From Heterodontus francisci (taxonomy: Eukaryota): DNA of 64,000 nucleotides. The notes below the pieces were generated by a model, which did not search any database, had not been told where the DNA came from, and saw only the letters and a program-made list of their open reading frames with translations. The position numbers and the translations under genes are program-made. The stretch spans positions 1 to 64,000 of the forward strand of contig NW_027141846.1 of assembly GCF_036365525.1 (NCBI RefSeq), given 5' to 3'. Below are positions 63,089 through 64,000 of this stretch, piece after piece; within the stretch, counting starts at the first letter, position 1; each line of letters starts with the position of its first letter.

Positions 63089-64000
63089 AGGAGATGGGGG
63101 GAGATGGAGGAGAGAAGATGTGGAGACAGGGGGAGAGGGAAGGAGATGGGGTGAGGTGTTGAGTTCAAAAGCATCACCAAATACTTCATGTCTCAGGATT
63201 GCAGCCTCTTTAACATCAGACTGATTTTGAGAGAGGGATCGTAAGTTTAAGGTACTGGGTTTTCCTGCCAATCACAGTGATGGTATATTCTTTCTAGCAG
63301 CTCAGTCGTGCTTGGCTGGCACTTGGCATGGAGCCAAACCACTTTCCAGTGATGTGCTGGGTTGCTGCACGAGAGCGATGATTCAGTGATTTTTTCCCCT
63401 AGCTTCTCCTCCTTGTTACCTCAGGTGCTGCTTTAGGTTGTTTCTTGACTCTCTGTTCTTCAGGTGCTCTGCTTTTCTGGCCAGCCTCTTGTCCCTTTGG
63501 AAGTGTAAGCGTATCCCAAACTCTGCTGCCTATTATCTTAAATCACATCAAGTTTATTTCGGTCATCACCCTGTGCTCCCAGTCTGACAAGGCCTCAGTT
63601 TTAAAATTCTCAGTTTTCTGTTCAGAGCCCTCCTGGGCCTCACCCCTCCCTATCCTCGTAACCAGTGTAGAGGGAGCTTTACTCTGTATCTAACCCGTGC
63701 TGTACTTGTCCTTGTGTGTGTTTGTATTACAGTTAAGGATGAGCTGTGACCGAGGCCCATGATTTATGGGAAACCTTCTCTTCTAGTGAGATATAAATGG
63801 ATCCTTCACCCCTCCCTGTTACATACAGGTTAATAAATGGGGTTGAGTGATTTCCAAGGTTGGACTTCAGCAAGTGCCTTCGAGAAAGTGAGAGTGCAAA
63901 GACTGACAATGTGAGCACAGGCCCGAGTCCCGCTCAGACAGTCGAGGGATTCTTCCTGAGAATAATACGGACAATCTCTCACTGTACTGTAGGTGGCTGC

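Noticed and set aside
62357-63271. ORFs of 217-304 aa
   Set aside because: They span the N gap and are artefacts.

Overview
Vertebrate genomic DNA, most likely from a cartilaginous fish (shark), judged by its SINE/LINE repertoire (inference). It is not prokaryotic, so most of the ORF track is repeat-derived noise. Three spliced protein-coding genes lie on the minus strand, all with canonical GT-AG boundaries and consistent phases. (1) A complete 9-exon HHIP-like gene with a C-terminal SRCR domain (58631->30272, 853 aa). (2) A complete 3-exon two-pore K+ channel gene, KCNK6/TWIK-2 (26701->17764, 318 aa). (3) Coding exons 1-3 of PPP5C (11145->3387), which continues off the left edge and has a CpG-rich promoter. 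The rest is dense in retroelements (RTE, CR1, L2 and Tx1 LINE fragments; V-domain and Deu-domain tRNA-derived SINEs), MITEs, palindromic elements with a hammerhead-ribozyme-like core, and intronic minisatellites. There is one 530-nt assembly gap. The best leads are: the HHIPL gene on the KCNK6/PPP5C linkage group (possibly an ohnolog lost in mammals); SINE 3' tails repeatedly forming splice-acceptor pyrimidine tracts; the hammerhead-like palindromes; twin Tx1 insertions with paired 3' hairpins; and chimeric retroelements. I found no evidence for a wholly new multi-gene system.
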